This document shows positions 38,847-49,320 of a stretch of 64,000 nt of DNA, one piece after another. The translations under genes and the position numbers were made by a program. Position 1 is the first letter of the stretch; each line of letters begins with the position of its first letter. The notes under the pieces are model-generated. The model saw only the letters and a list, made by a program, of their open reading frames with translations, was not told the DNA's origin and searched no databases. The stretch comes from Succinivibrionaceae bacterium (GTDB taxonomy: Bacteria; Pseudomonadota; Gammaproteobacteria; Enterobacterales; Succinivibrionaceae): contig JBJFGR010000026.1 of the NCBI GenBank assembly GCA_051892875.1, positions 7,982 through 71,981 on the forward strand. Direction: 5' to 3'.

Positions 38847-39500
38847 TTACTTAGTATTTAACTTTGATTTTGCATCTATTTTTTTATGAATATATGACTT
38901 TATTAGCAGGAATGCAATAAATAAAATAATACCGCCAACTATAACATGCATAATACCTTGACCATCTTTTACAACTTCAAGAAGTTTTGGTAATTGATCT
39001 GCAAAGTAATATCCTATGTATACCCAAACAGGGACAGAAATAAGAGCAGCAAAACCATCCATTAAAATAAAATGGGTAAATGGTATTCTATGACTCATTC
39101 CAGCAGCTAAGAATATTGGAGATCTTAAGCCTGGCATGAAACGAGCAAAAAACAAAACCCAAATACCATGCTTTGCAAATTGTCTTTGCACTTGAGCAAA
39201 TCTTCTTGGGGGGAGAATTTTTCTTATAGGTTTAAATTTTTGTATACGATATCCAAATGTTCTACCAAGAATATACATAGTACTATCACCTAAAAGAACC
39301 CCGGCAAAACAAACAAGAAGCATAATATGTGGATCAGTTGCTTTTAATCCTGATACTAAGCCACCAGCAACTAGAGTAATATCTTCAGGTATAGGTAAAC
39401 CGAAACCACATAGTATTAATATGCCGAAAGCAAATAGATAATTATATAATCCAAAACCAGTTAATGATTCTGCAACCCAATTTAAAATCTTTTCTGCCAT
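38847..39500 (-). CDS. DedA-family membrane protein
   Basis: LPIPEDITLVAGG...FFARFMPGLRSP motifs. Confidence 0.8.
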   Translation of the reverse strand: MAEKILNWVAESLTGFGLYNYLFAFGILILCGFGLPIPEDITLVAGGLVSGLKATDPHIMLLVCFAGVLLGDSTMYILGRTFGYRIQKFKPIRKILPPRRFAQVQRQFAKHGIWVLFFARFMPGLRSPIFLAAGMSHRIPFTHFILMDGFAALISVPVWVYIGYYFADQLPKLLEVVKDGQGIMHVIVGGIILFIAFLLIKSYIHKKIDAKSKLNTK

Positions 39501-39536
39501 TTATTTTTTTGTCCTACTTATAAAGTGTTGTATTAT

Positions 39537-40007
39537 TTATTGTATTTTAGCACCTATAAAATCAAGTTGTCTCCATGCCTCATAAATAAAAATGGCAACG
39601 CTGTTTGAAAGATTCATACATCTGCTGTTAGGAACCATAGGAATTCTAACTTTATGATCCAAATCTAAGGTATCTGTAAATGAATCAGGTAGACCTTTGG
39701 TTTCTTTTCCAAATATCAAAACATCACCTTCTTTAAATTGACAGAGATTGGGATATGCGTGACCTTTTGTAGTACATGCATATATATTATGACCTTTAAA
39801 ATATTCTAAACATTCTTCTAGATTATGGTGTTTTACAATATTAACAAATTCATGATAATCAAGACCTGCTCTCATTAATTTTTTATCATCTAAAGAAAAA
39901 GCAGCTGGTTCAATTATATGCAAATTAAATCCTGTATTAGCACACAGTCTGATAATGTTACCTGTATTAGCAGGGATTTCTGGTTGGAATAGAACTATAT
40001 TTAACAT
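39537..40007 (-). CDS. trmL: tRNA (cytidine/uridine-34 2'-O)-methyltransferase
   Basis: [34 protein letters not shown] and [27 protein letters not shown] are nearly colinear with E. coli TrmL. Confidence 0.9.
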   Translation of the reverse strand: MLNIVLFQPEIPANTGNIIRLCANTGFNLHIIEPAAFSLDDKKLMRAGLDYHEFVNIVKHHNLEECLEYFKGHNIYACTTKGHAYPNLCQFKEGDVLIFGKETKGLPDSFTDTLDLDHKVRIPMVPNSRCMNLSNSVAIFIYEAWRQLDFIGAKIQ

Positions 40008-40289
40008 CTAATATTATCCTTAAAGCTTTATCTTCAATAGGCTTATAATCACCTAGAGAAGTGAACTTTTTGTTATAAGAGATAGTTTCCTTTTAATGCT
40101 TTGCTACTCAATGCTTTTTATTTATCCATAATTTATATTAAGGATATGAACTTAAATATGTGCTTTATCATATATAGAAATCAAGCAAAAAAGACTTTAA
40201 AACTTTTCTTCTAAAACGAATGTTTAATGAGTATTGTTATCAAATTTCATTTTATAATCAATACCTTTTTACTGTTTTGAGATCGGTTG

Positions 40290-40318
40290 ATAATATTACA
40301 TATTCATTGTCTTGTCAA
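40290..40318 (-). promoter_or_regulatory. Near-consensus sigma70 promoter facing trmL
   Basis: On the minus strand: TTGACA (40318-40313), 17-nt spacer, TATTAT (40295-40290). This implies a leader of about 270 nt before trmL. Confidence 0.35.
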
Positions 40319-40352
40319 CAGTGGTGCGTTACTACAAGTGCTTTAAAATTTT

Positions 40353-41300
40353 TTAAGAATTCTTATTAGAATTAGTTAAAAAATGTTCAACATCGAGAGC
40401 AGCTTTACAACCTGTTCCTGCTGAGGTTATTGCTTGACGGTAATTATGGTCTGCACAATCTCCTGCTGCAAAAATACCAGGAATACTGCAAGATGTTTCG
40501 TACCCATTAATGCAACCCACTTCTAAAGTTCCATTTGTGTTGTCTAATACGGGACTAAAAATAAGAGTGTTTGGTGTATGTCCTATAGCAATAAAGATCC
40601 CATTTACTTTAAAATCTTTAGTTGTATTATCATTATAAATTGCTGTAAATCCTTCTACTCCATTTAATTCACTACCAGTTATTTCTTTTACATTTGCATT
40701 TAGGACTAGTTCAATTTTGCCTTCATTAACTTTTTCATATATTTGATTTATTACAATTTGCTCTGCTCTAAAACTATCTCTTCTATGAACTAAATACACT
40801 TTTTTGCAGATATTACTTAAGTATAAAGTCTCTACTAATGCGGTATTTCCTCCACCTATAACTGCAACTTCTTGATCTTTATAGAAAAAACCATCGCAAG
40901 TTGCACAATAGCTGATTCCATTATGTAAAAATTTTTCTTCTGAAGGTATTCCTAAATTTTTTGGACTTGCTCCTGTTGCTATAATAACAGTATCCGCTTC
41001 AAATACCTCCTCATCACTCTTTAAAACAAAAGGGCGTTTAGAAAAATTTATGTCTTCAATCTGCTGATTTATGAATTCCACACCTAATCCTTGAGCATGA
41101 GCAATTAGTTTTTCCATTAAATCAATGCCTGATATGGATGGTTCTCCTGGCCAGTTTTCAATTTTTGGAGTTTGGGTTAATTGTCCGCCATATTGCATTC
41201 CTGTGATTACGATTGGATTTAAATTTGCTCTTGCTGCATAGATTGCTGCGGTACATCCAGCAGGACCTGAACCAATAATGATTACTTTATGATTTGACAT
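40353..41300 (-). CDS. trxB: Thioredoxin reductase
   Basis: IIIGSGPAGCTAA, redox centre CATCDG, and GGGNTA. I placed the start at MSNHK (ATG 41300, AAGGA RBS). The track's extra 28 hydrophobic residues are not expected in TrxB. Confidence 0.9.
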   Translation of the reverse strand: MSNHKVIIIGSGPAGCTAAIYAARANLNPIVITGMQYGGQLTQTPKIENWPGEPSISGIDLMEKLIAHAQGLGVEFINQQIEDINFSKRPFVLKSDEEVFEADTVIIATGASPKNLGIPSEEKFLHNGISYCATCDGFFYKDQEVAVIGGGNTALVETLYLSNICKKVYLVHRRDSFRAEQIVINQIYEKVNEGKIELVLNANVKEITGSELNGVEGFTAIYNDNTTKDFKVNGIFIAIGHTPNTLIFSPVLDNTNGTLEVGCINGYETSCSIPGIFAAGDCADHNYRQAITSAGTGCKAALDVEHFLTNSNKNS

Positions 41301-41395
41301 TTTATTTTCCTTAATATATTTAACAGATATGAATAATATATAACTTAACAATAAAAATGTTAGAACAAAGGAATGTTCTAACATTTTATAAATTT

Positions 41396-42415
41396 CTATT
41401 TCTTAAATTTGTTTAGATACCATTCAACAGTTTTTATAATACCAGTATCGAAAGTTTCATCTGCCTTCCAACCCAATTCATTTGTGATCTTATCAGCATC
41501 AATTGCGTAACGTAAATCATGACCTGCACGGTCAGTTACAAAGCTAATTAATTCTTCATATTTATGACCATTTGCTCTAGGTTGTTTTTCATCCAAAATA
41601 GCACAGATTGTTTTTACAATAGTGATATTATTTCTTTCGTTATGACCACCTATATTATAAGTTTCTCCTGAAACTCCTTTGTGGTAAATTAAATCAATAG
41701 CTTTACAATGATCTAATACATACAACCAATCTCTGATATTTAGTCCTTTTCCGTATATTGGTAGTGGTTTTTCTGCCAAAGCGTATTCAATGATATGTGG
41801 TATTAACTTTTCAGAATGTTGTTTAGGGCCATAATTATTTGAGCAGTTAGAGGTTGTAACATTCATGCCATATGTATGGTTATACGCTCTTACTAAGAAA
41901 TCAGAACCTGCTTTACTTGCTGAATAAGGACTATTTGGAGCATAAGGAGTAGTTTCTGTAAAGTAACCTTCGTCCCCTAAAGTACCGTAAACTTCATCTG
42001 TTGAAATATGATGGAATCTACAATCCTCGTAACCTGCTTTAACTTTACCAGGTGCGTCCATCCAATGTTGTCTAGCAACTTCTAATAGAGTGAAAGTACC
42101 AATAATATTTGTGTTTACAAATGCTTTTGGTCCTTTTATAGAATTATCTACATGACTTTCTGCAGCAAAATGAATTATGCCACGAATATCATGTTCATCA
42201 AATAATTTATTTATTAATTCTTCGTCGCAGATGTCACCTTGAACAAAAAGATAATTAGGCATATTAATGCATTCTTTAACATTGTCCAAATTGCCTGCAT
42301 AGGTTAATTTATCTAAATTGATAATTTTGTAATCAGGATATTTTTCGCAGAAATAAGGTACAAAATTTGAGCCAATAAAACCAGCTCCCCCTGTTATTAA
42401 TATAGTTTTAGACAT
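41396..42415 (-). CDS. rmlB: dTDP-glucose 4,6-dehydratase
   Basis: ILITGGAGFIGSNF, STDEVYG and YSASKAGSD (the Y-x3-K motif). Confidence 0.95.
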   Translation of the reverse strand: MSKTILITGGAGFIGSNFVPYFCEKYPDYKIINLDKLTYAGNLDNVKECINMPNYLFVQGDICDEELINKLFDEHDIRGIIHFAAESHVDNSIKGPKAFVNTNIIGTFTLLEVARQHWMDAPGKVKAGYEDCRFHHISTDEVYGTLGDEGYFTETTPYAPNSPYSASKAGSDFLVRAYNHTYGMNVTTSNCSNNYGPKQHSEKLIPHIIEYALAEKPLPIYGKGLNIRDWLYVLDHCKAIDLIYHKGVSGETYNIGGHNERNNITIVKTICAILDEKQPRANGHKYEELISFVTDRAGHDLRYAIDADKITNELGWKADETFDTGIIKTVEWYLNKFKK

Positions 42416-42647
42416 TTTTTACTCTCTTTCCTGTTAGGGATAATAGATTAGATTCTTATTATTTTTATAAAAATACGTTTGCTTCTATAATATCATAAAT
42501 AAAAATTATAAATTGTTATTCACCACATTATACATTGAAAAAAAGACTAATTTATAGTTTTTTATTATTATTCTTTTTTTATGTAATATAATATGAAAAA
42601 TTTTTCATTTAATATAAAATAAATTTATAAATAGTAAAGTTGTAAAT

Positions 42648-43190
42648 ATGAATATAAAAAACGGTAATGAAGATTACAAAACCTATAAAAATTTAGATCG
42701 TATAGATCGCAATATTTTAATTGAATTGCAAAATGATGGTCGATTATCAAATACTGAATTATCTAAAAGGGTTGGATTAAGTCCAACACCTTGTTTAGAA
42801 AGAGTTAGGCGCTTAGAGAAGCAAGGTTATATTTTGGGGTACAGTGCTCATTTAAATCCAAAACTTTTAGAAGCTTCATTATTGGTTTATGTAGAAATAA
42901 CTTTAACAAAGAGTGCCCCTGATGTTTTTGATAGATTTAATAAGGCGGTACAAGAATTGCCCGATATTCAAGAGTGTCACTTAGTGTCAGGATCATTCGA
43001 TTATCTTCTAAAGACTCGTGTTGCTGATATGTCTGCTTATCGAAAAATATTGAGTGACACCATTTTGAAGTTGCCTTGTGTGAGTGATACAAGAACTTAT
43101 GTAGTTATGGAAGAAGTTAAAAATTCTAATATTGTTTTAGTTCGTCATAACGATACTAGGAACACAACTCTAGAAGAAAATTATAATTAA
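42648..43190 (+). CDS. lrp: Leucine-responsive regulatory protein
   Basis: LDRIDRNILIELQNDGRLSNTELSKRVGLSPTPCLERVRRLEKQGYI. It has the E. coli-like position between trxB and ftsK. Confidence 0.9.
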   Translation: MNIKNGNEDYKTYKNLDRIDRNILIELQNDGRLSNTELSKRVGLSPTPCLERVRRLEKQGYILGYSAHLNPKLLEASLLVYVEITLTKSAPDVFDRFNKAVQELPDIQECHLVSGSFDYLLKTRVADMSAYRKILSDTILKLPCVSDTRTYVVMEEVKNSNIVLVRHNDTRNTTLEENYN

Positions 43191-43259
43191 TTTGTTTTTT
43201 GTATTATAATTAACGGCCATATTGAATAATTGTTATATTTGTTTGTGATATTTATGTAG

Positions 43260-46200
43260 GTGGATGTCTTGGAAGTTAGCGAGATCAAAACAAAGCCAGC
43301 TTTTGAAAAAATAAGAGAAGGTTGTGCTATTATTCTCATGCTTGTTTCTATTTTAGTTGCTTTATCTTTAATTTCATACAATCCTATGGATAATAATTGG
43401 AAAAATGACCCAGATAGGGATAAGCATATTACCAATACCGTAGGTTTTGTTGGTGCAAATTTATCTGATGCCTTGTTTTCGTATTTCGGATATTGTGCTT
43501 ATATAATACCAATAATGTTGTTTTATGTTGCAATATTGATTTTGAAACAAAAATTTTCATTAAAGAATATAAACTATTTTGGAATTATGTATAAAATCTT
43601 GGGAATAGATTTTATATTATTATCTTTGTGTTCACTAGTTTCAAAAATGCATTTTTTTAATTCTGGCGGTGGACATCTAGGTACAGTAGCTTATGATTTT
43701 GTTTCATCATTTTTAGGTTACATAGGAACAATGCTTTCTATGATGGGACTTTTTTTTATAGGTATTTCTCTTTTTACAGGAATTTCTATTGTTACTATGT
43801 TATCCGCTGTAGGTGGTTGTGTAATATCAATCATTACTTATAAAGGTTTCTTATCAGTGTTGTTTAAACCTTTTATGAAAGAAAATGAAGAAGAACAATT
43901 TATGGATGTATTTTTAACGAAAGAGCAAGATAAAGTATCCATAAAAGAGATAGATATTTCTAAAAATAGTAATATAAACAAAGAATTACCTAAAAAAGAT
44001 GAAAAGAATAGAGATTTAGGAGCTTTTTCAGCTAACTCACAAATAACAAATAATAAGCAAGAGGAAGAAGACTTAGAAATTCCTGGATTAAATACATTAG
44101 ACAGTGGCACAGGAAGAATAGAGCCTTCTTTAGATATTAATGATATTGTTGAACCAATAGAAGAAAACAAGGAACCAAATTTCCAGACTCAAAAAACAAA
44201 GGAAACAAAGGAAGAAAGTTTTACTTCACAAGAAAAAACTCAATCAGTATCTGAGAGAAAATACGTATCTTCTGTAATTTTACCACCTCCTAGCAATTCT
44301 GTTAAAGATGCTATTTATGTATCTGTAAAAAAGACTGAAGAATTAAAGCCTTTAAAAGTAGGTGAAAGTATAGCACCTGTATCAATTATTAATACTTCAA
44401 ATGATCCAGCTTCTGTTTCGGTAAATGACAGTTTAAATCAGATTGAAGAACATATTAATGATATAAAACAAACGCTGGAACCACAAGACCACCCAGAAAT
44501 TCCAGAGTTTGTTAATAATGAAGTAAAAGAAGATGATGATAATGTCTATAGTATAGATTCATATAGAGATATGGGATCTATTCCTGATAATTTTTCAGTT
44601 GTGGCTGAACCTGTTTTTTCAGAAAAAGACGAATCTGAAGGAGAAAATGATAATGAAAGTGGTAGTTTTGTTGAAGATAACCTTCCATTTAAACCAACTT
44701 TAAACATTTCAGTTCCACCAATTACTCCTGTAAACGCAAATCCTGAAGCTCGTTTTGTAAAAAATGAAGATGTTCCATCTAGTGTGAATTATCATCAAGG
44801 GCATTATGAGTATAATGATGATTTATCAGATTTTCCACCTGTAGAAATATTCTCAGCTCCTCATGCTCAAAAGCCTGTAAGAATTGAAGTAATTGAAGAA
44901 TTGGTTACAAGACTAGATAATACTTTAAAACTATATAAAATTAAAGCTCATGTTGCTGAAAGACAAATAACAGATGCGTACGGAAATCAAAAGACTGTTA
45001 AGTATTATGAAATTGGCCCTGTAATTACAAGATTCTATTTAGAACTTGTTGGTGATCAGCGTTCTTCAAGAATTGAAGATGTTAGTTGTGATATAGCTCG
45101 TAACTTACGTATTGCCAATATTCGAGTGATTTTATCAGTACCAGGAACTTCGTATGTAGCAATAGAAATTCCGAATCAGGACCGTCAAAATATAAATATG
45201 AGAGAATTATTAGAAAGTCCTGATTTTATAAATGCAAAAGCACCTCTTTCTATATGTCTTGGTAGAGATATAATTGGTAAACCTGTAATTTATAATTTAG
45301 CAGCTGCACCTCATTTATTAGTTGCGGGTACCACAGGTTCTGGTAAATCTGTAGGTATTAATACAATGTTAGTATCATTGCTTATGAGAAATAAGCCTGA
45401 AGATTTACGTTTGATAATGATTGATCCAAAGATGTTGGAATTTTCAAATTATCGTGATATACCTCATTTAATAACTCCAGTTATTACAGATATGAAGAAA
45501 GCATCAAGTGCAATTCGTTGGGCAGTTCAGGAAATGGAAAGACGTTATACAATAATGTCTCGTCTTCAAGTTAGAAATATAAATGGTTATAATGAATACA
45601 TTGAAAGTCATCCTGATCTTTTAGATCCAACTTGGCATCCAAGTGATAGTATGGATGCATCTGCTCCGAAGTTGAAGAAATTTCCATATATCGTAATTGT
45701 AGTAGATGAATTTGCTGATTTGGTATTGCAGTTAAAGAAAAATGGTAATATTGAAGAAATGATTTCTAGATTAGCAGCTAAAGCTCGTGCCGCAGGTATG
45801 CACCTTATTCTAGCTACTCAATCGCCTCGTAAAGAAGTTATTACAGGTACGATAAGAAGTAATTTTCCTAGCCAAATTTCGTTTAAGGTTAAATCAAATA
45901 TAGAATCTCGTATAGTACTAGATAATCCAGGTGCTGAACATCTATTAGGAAGAGGTGATATGTTGATTAAATTTAATGATGGTACAAATGAATTACGCAG
46001 AGCTCACGGGGCATTTATCAGTGATGATGAAATCAATAATTTTGCTGATGCCTGGCGCGCTCGAGGAAAACCTAATTATAATGATGATGTATCAACTGTT
46101 GAATTCACTGAAGAAACTGCAATTCCTGGCGAAAGGCCTCCTGTTTCAGGTAAGTCCGATAATTTAATTGATAAAGTAATGGATTATTGTAAAGAGTTAA

Positions 46201-46376
46201 AAAGAACAGGAAAAGGTACTAGTTATAGCGTTTCTGGATTGCAAAGAAGATTTTCTATAGGGTATACTAGAGCAGCAAGGATTACAGATACCTTGGAGGA
46301 AATGGGGGTTTTATCAGGTCCTTTGAATGGTTCTGGTGTGCGTGAAGTATTGATTGATGGTAATGAAGATTCATGA
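43260..46376 (+). CDS. ftsK: DNA translocase FtsK
   Basis: N-terminal TM domain and a long acidic/low-complexity linker. Motor motifs are GTTGSGKSVGIN and IVVDEFADL. The gamma domain reads LQRRFSIGYTRAARITDTLEEMGVL. GTG start. Confidence 0.9.
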   Translation: MDVLEVSEIKTKPAFEKIREGCAIILMLVSILVALSLISYNPMDNNWKNDPDRDKHITNTVGFVGANLSDALFSYFGYCAYIIPIMLFYVAILILKQKFSLKNINYFGIMYKILGIDFILLSLCSLVSKMHFFNSGGGHLGTVAYDFVSSFLGYIGTMLSMMGLFFIGISLFTGISIVTMLSAVGGCVISIITYKGFLSVLFKPFMKENEEEQFMDVFLTKEQDKVSIKEIDISKNSNINKELPKKDEKNRDLGAFSANSQITNNKQEEEDLEIPGLNTLDSGTGRIEPSLDINDIVEPIEENKEPNFQTQKTKETKEESFTSQEKTQSVSERKYVSSVILPPPSNSVKDAIYVSVKKTEELKPLKVGESIAPVSIINTSNDPASVSVNDSLNQIEEHINDIKQTLEPQDHPEIPEFVNNEVKEDDDNVYSIDSYRDMGSIPDNFSVVAEPVFSEKDESEGENDNESGSFVEDNLPFKPTLNISVPPITPVNANPEARFVKNEDVPSSVNYHQGHYEYNDDLSDFPPVEIFSAPHAQKPVRIEVIEELVTRLDNTLKLYKIKAHVAERQITDAYGNQKTVKYYEIGPVITRFYLELVGDQRSSRIEDVSCDIARNLRIANIRVILSVPGTSYVAIEIPNQDRQNINMRELLESPDFINAKAPLSICLGRDIIGKPVIYNLAAAPHLLVAGTTGSGKSVGINTMLVSLLMRNKPEDLRLIMIDPKMLEFSNYRDIPHLITPVITDMKKASSAIRWAVQEMERRYTIMSRLQVRNINGYNEYIESHPDLLDPTWHPSDSMDASAPKLKKFPYIVIVVDEFADLVLQLKKNGNIEEMISRLAAKARAAGMHLILATQSPRKEVITGTIRSNFPSQISFKVKSNIESRIVLDNPGAEHLLGRGDMLIKFNDGTNELRRAHGAFISDDEINNFADAWRARGKPNYNDDVSTVEFTEETAIPGERPPVSGKSDNLIDKVMDYCKELKRTGKGTSYSVSGLQRRFSIGYTRAARITDTLEEMGVLSGPLNGSGVREVLIDGNEDS

Positions 46377-46999
46377 TAAAAGGTTTTTATAAGTTTATTC
46401 TTTTTTTACTTGCACAAAGTTTATTTTTTACAAATACTGCAAGTGCTGATGCTAGAGATGAGCTTTTAGTAATCATAAAGAGTGTAGATTCTTTTAGTGG
46501 AGATTTTGAGCAAGTCGTAAAAAATGAAGAAAATAAGGTGTTACAAGAATCTTTTGGTGAGTTATATATGGTAAGGCCTAATAAATTCAAAATGGTGGTA
46601 ACAAAGCCTGATGCTAGTGAGTTGGTAACAGATGGAAGAGTTATATATAATTACGATGAATTATTAGAGCAAGTTACTATATATGATTTTGCTTTACAGG
46701 TTAATAATTCTCCTCTTATTTTATTGATTACTGATGATAAATCAATATGGGATAAGTACGATATAATAAAGCAAAATGACTCAAAATTTATAGTAACTCC
46801 AAAAGATATATCAGGATTAATTAAGCAGATGGATATTTATTTTGAGAATAGTAAATTTAGTTCCATAGATATAATTGAAAAAGATAACAAAATAAATCAT
46901 TATAGTTTTGTGAATGTTAAAAATGACCAAATATCTTCAGAAGTTTTTAAATTTACTATCCCTGAAGGTGTAACAGTAGATGATCAAAGGGCAAAGTGA
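46373..46999 (+). CDS. lolA: Outer-membrane lipoprotein carrier protein LolA
   Basis: Signal peptide, size (208 aa), F..F.Q pattern (SGDFEQVV), and conserved position after ftsK. Confidence 0.8.
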   Translation: MIKGFYKFILFLLAQSLFFTNTASADARDELLVIIKSVDSFSGDFEQVVKNEENKVLQESFGELYMVRPNKFKMVVTKPDASELVTDGRVIYNYDELLEQVTIYDFALQVNNSPLILLITDDKSIWDKYDIIKQNDSKFIVTPKDISGLIKQMDIYFENSKFSSIDIIEKDNKINHYSFVNVKNDQISSEVFKFTIPEGVTVDDQRAK

Positions 47000-48377
47000 T
47001 CTTTTTGATGATTGTGAAGCAAGAGAAGCTGCTAAGTTTTTAGAGTTAAATTCTCCTCTTGCATCTAGGATGAGACCCCAGACTCTGAGTGAGTATATAG
47101 GGCAAGAGCATATTTTAGGTTATGATAAACCTTTAAGACGAGCTATTGAACATGGAAATTGTCCGTCAATGATTTTGTGGGGCCCTCCAGGAATTGGAAA
47201 AACCACTTTGGCAGAACTTATTGCTAAAAAATCAAATGCAAGAGTTGAAAGAATAAGTGCTGTAGTTTCAGGTATTAAAGAAATTAGAGAAGCTATAGAT
47301 AAAGCCAAACATAACTTATCTTTTGGGTATAAAACGATTCTATTTGTAGATGAAGTTCATCGTTTTAATAAAAGTCAGCAGGATGCTTTTTTACCATATA
47401 TAGAAAATGGAACAATCATTTTTATAGGTGCCACCACTGAAAATCCTTCTTTTGAACTAAATAATGCAATTCTTTCACGAACTCGTGTTTATATTTTGAA
47501 AAAATTATCGATAGCAGATATTGAAAAGATAATTATGCGGGCAGTTTTAAGCCCTGTCGGATTAGCAGAACGTAATTTGGTTTTTGCTCCAAATGTTTTA
47601 ACAAGATTAGCTGAATTATCTGATGGAGACGCTAGAAGGTCTTTAAATTTTTTAGAAATTTTAGCAGATTTAGCGGAACCTATAGGTGATAATAAAAATG
47701 AGATATCAATGGAAGCTTTAGCCTCTGTTGTTGGCTCGAGAGCAAAGTTATTTGATAAAAATGGTGATCGCTACTATGATTTTATAAGTGCTTTTCATAA
47801 ATCCGTAAGAGGTTCTAGTCCTCAGGGTGCTTTATACTGGATGGCTCGAATTATATCTGCAGGGGGAGATCCTTTATATGTTGCAAGAAGATTACTGGCA
47901 ATTGCTTCTGAGGATATTGGGAATGCAGATCCTAAGGCCATGCAAGTAGTAATTGCGGCTTGGGATTGTTATGAAAGAGTAGGAAAGGCTGAAGGAGAGC
48001 GCGCTATTGCTCAGGCTGCAGTTTATTGTGCAACAGCTCCTAAAAGTAATTCTGTTTATATAGCTTGGAATAGTGTATTAGAAGATGTAAAAAATCTCCC
48101 TGATTACGATGTTCCTCTATATTTGCGTAATGCACCAACGAAATTAATGGAAAATCTAGGGTATCATAAAGGTTATAGATATGCTCATGATGAGCCTGGT
48201 GCCTATGCTGCAGGAGAGTGTTTTTTACCACCAGAAATTAGAAATAAAGAATGGTATAAACCAAGTGACCGAGGTTTTGAAAAATGGGTTCAAGAAAAGA
48301 TTGCATATTTAAAGGATAGAGATATGCGCTCTACTAATAAAAGGTATCCAAATGATAATGATTACACGTCTAGTTAA
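46980..48377 (+). CDS. rarA: Replication-associated recombination protein A
   Basis: [42 protein letters not shown] and the MgsA C-terminal domain. It overlaps lolA by 20 nt. Confidence 0.9.
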   Translation: MIKGQSDLFDDCEAREAAKFLELNSPLASRMRPQTLSEYIGQEHILGYDKPLRRAIEHGNCPSMILWGPPGIGKTTLAELIAKKSNARVERISAVVSGIKEIREAIDKAKHNLSFGYKTILFVDEVHRFNKSQQDAFLPYIENGTIIFIGATTENPSFELNNAILSRTRVYILKKLSIADIEKIIMRAVLSPVGLAERNLVFAPNVLTRLAELSDGDARRSLNFLEILADLAEPIGDNKNEISMEALASVVGSRAKLFDKNGDRYYDFISAFHKSVRGSSPQGALYWMARIISAGGDPLYVARRLLAIASEDIGNADPKAMQVVIAAWDCYERVGKAEGERAIAQAAVYCATAPKSNSVYIAWNSVLEDVKNLPDYDVPLYLRNAPTKLMENLGYHKGYRYAHDEPGAYAAGECFLPPEIRNKEWYKPSDRGFEKWVQEKIAYLKDRDMRSTNKRYPNDNDYTSS

Positions 48378-48421
48378 TCATTATTAAATGAATTATTTAG
48401 AATGGTTAGACAGGAATTTTT

Positions 48422-49282
48422 ATGTTAATAGCGGATTTATTTAAACAAAAAAAACAAGTTATATCTTTTGAAATTTTTCCTCCAAAAAGAGCAGAGGCTT
48501 TAAAGAATATTGATGAAACTTTGGAGGTATTGTCTAGTTTAAATCCAGATTTTATATCGGTAACCTTTGGTGCTGGAGGTTCTGTAACAAATTCATCTAC
48601 AGTGGAAATTGCCAGTAAAATAAAGCATAAATACAATATAGAAGCAGTTACTCATCTTACTTGTTTAACATATTCCAAAGAAGAAATAATAAAAATGATT
48701 GATACCTTAAAAGAACATGGTATTGAGAATATTTTAGCGTTAAGAGGTGATAAGAATCCTAATATTGAACCAAAGTATGATTTTAATTATGCTTCTGATT
48801 TGATAACTTTTGTGAAAGAACATAGTGATTTAGGTATTAGTGGCGCTTGTTATCCCGAAGGTCATCAAGAATCAAATAATAAGATTGATGATATTTTAAA
48901 TTTACGTAAAAAGGTTGATGCAGGTGCGCAGCATTTAATCTCTCAATTGTTTTTTGATAATAATATATTTTTTGATTTTATTGAAAAGTGTCGTATTGCA
49001 GGGATTAATGTACCTATTGAAGCTGGTATTATGCCTGTTGTTAACAAGGCTCAAATTGAACGTATGGTGAGTTTGTGTGGCGCGTCAATTCCTAAAGATT
49101 TACAACGTATAATTGAACGTTATGCTGATAATAAAGAAGCTTTATTTGACGCTGGCTTAACATACGCAACTCATCAGATAATAGATTTATTAGCAAGGGG
49201 AATAGAGGGAATTCATATATATACTATGAATAATCCTATTGTTGCTCGTAGAATAACAGATGCTATTAAAAATTTGGTATAG
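48422..49282 (+). CDS. metF: Methylenetetrahydrofolate reductase (short form)
   Basis: ISFEIFPPK...FISVTFGAGGS...THLTC...ALRGD. Confidence 0.85.
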   Translation: MLIADLFKQKKQVISFEIFPPKRAEALKNIDETLEVLSSLNPDFISVTFGAGGSVTNSSTVEIASKIKHKYNIEAVTHLTCLTYSKEEIIKMIDTLKEHGIENILALRGDKNPNIEPKYDFNYASDLITFVKEHSDLGISGACYPEGHQESNNKIDDILNLRKKVDAGAQHLISQLFFDNNIFFDFIEKCRIAGINVPIEAGIMPVVNKAQIERMVSLCGASIPKDLQRIIERYADNKEALFDAGLTYATHQIIDLLARGIEGIHIYTMNNPIVARRITDAIKNLV

Positions 49283-49320
49283 TAACAAGTTGTGAGTTGT
49301 AAGATAAAGGAAGCTCTAAT

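Noticed and set aside
41301-41384. A 28-residue hydrophobic N-terminal extension of TrxB in the track ORF (MLEHSFVLTFLLLSYILFISVKYIKENK).
   Set aside because: TrxB is a soluble flavoprotein that begins just before the GSGPAG FAD motif. The internal ATG at 41300 has an AAGGA RBS at proper spacing. The extension is most likely untranslated rmlB-trxB intergenic sequence.
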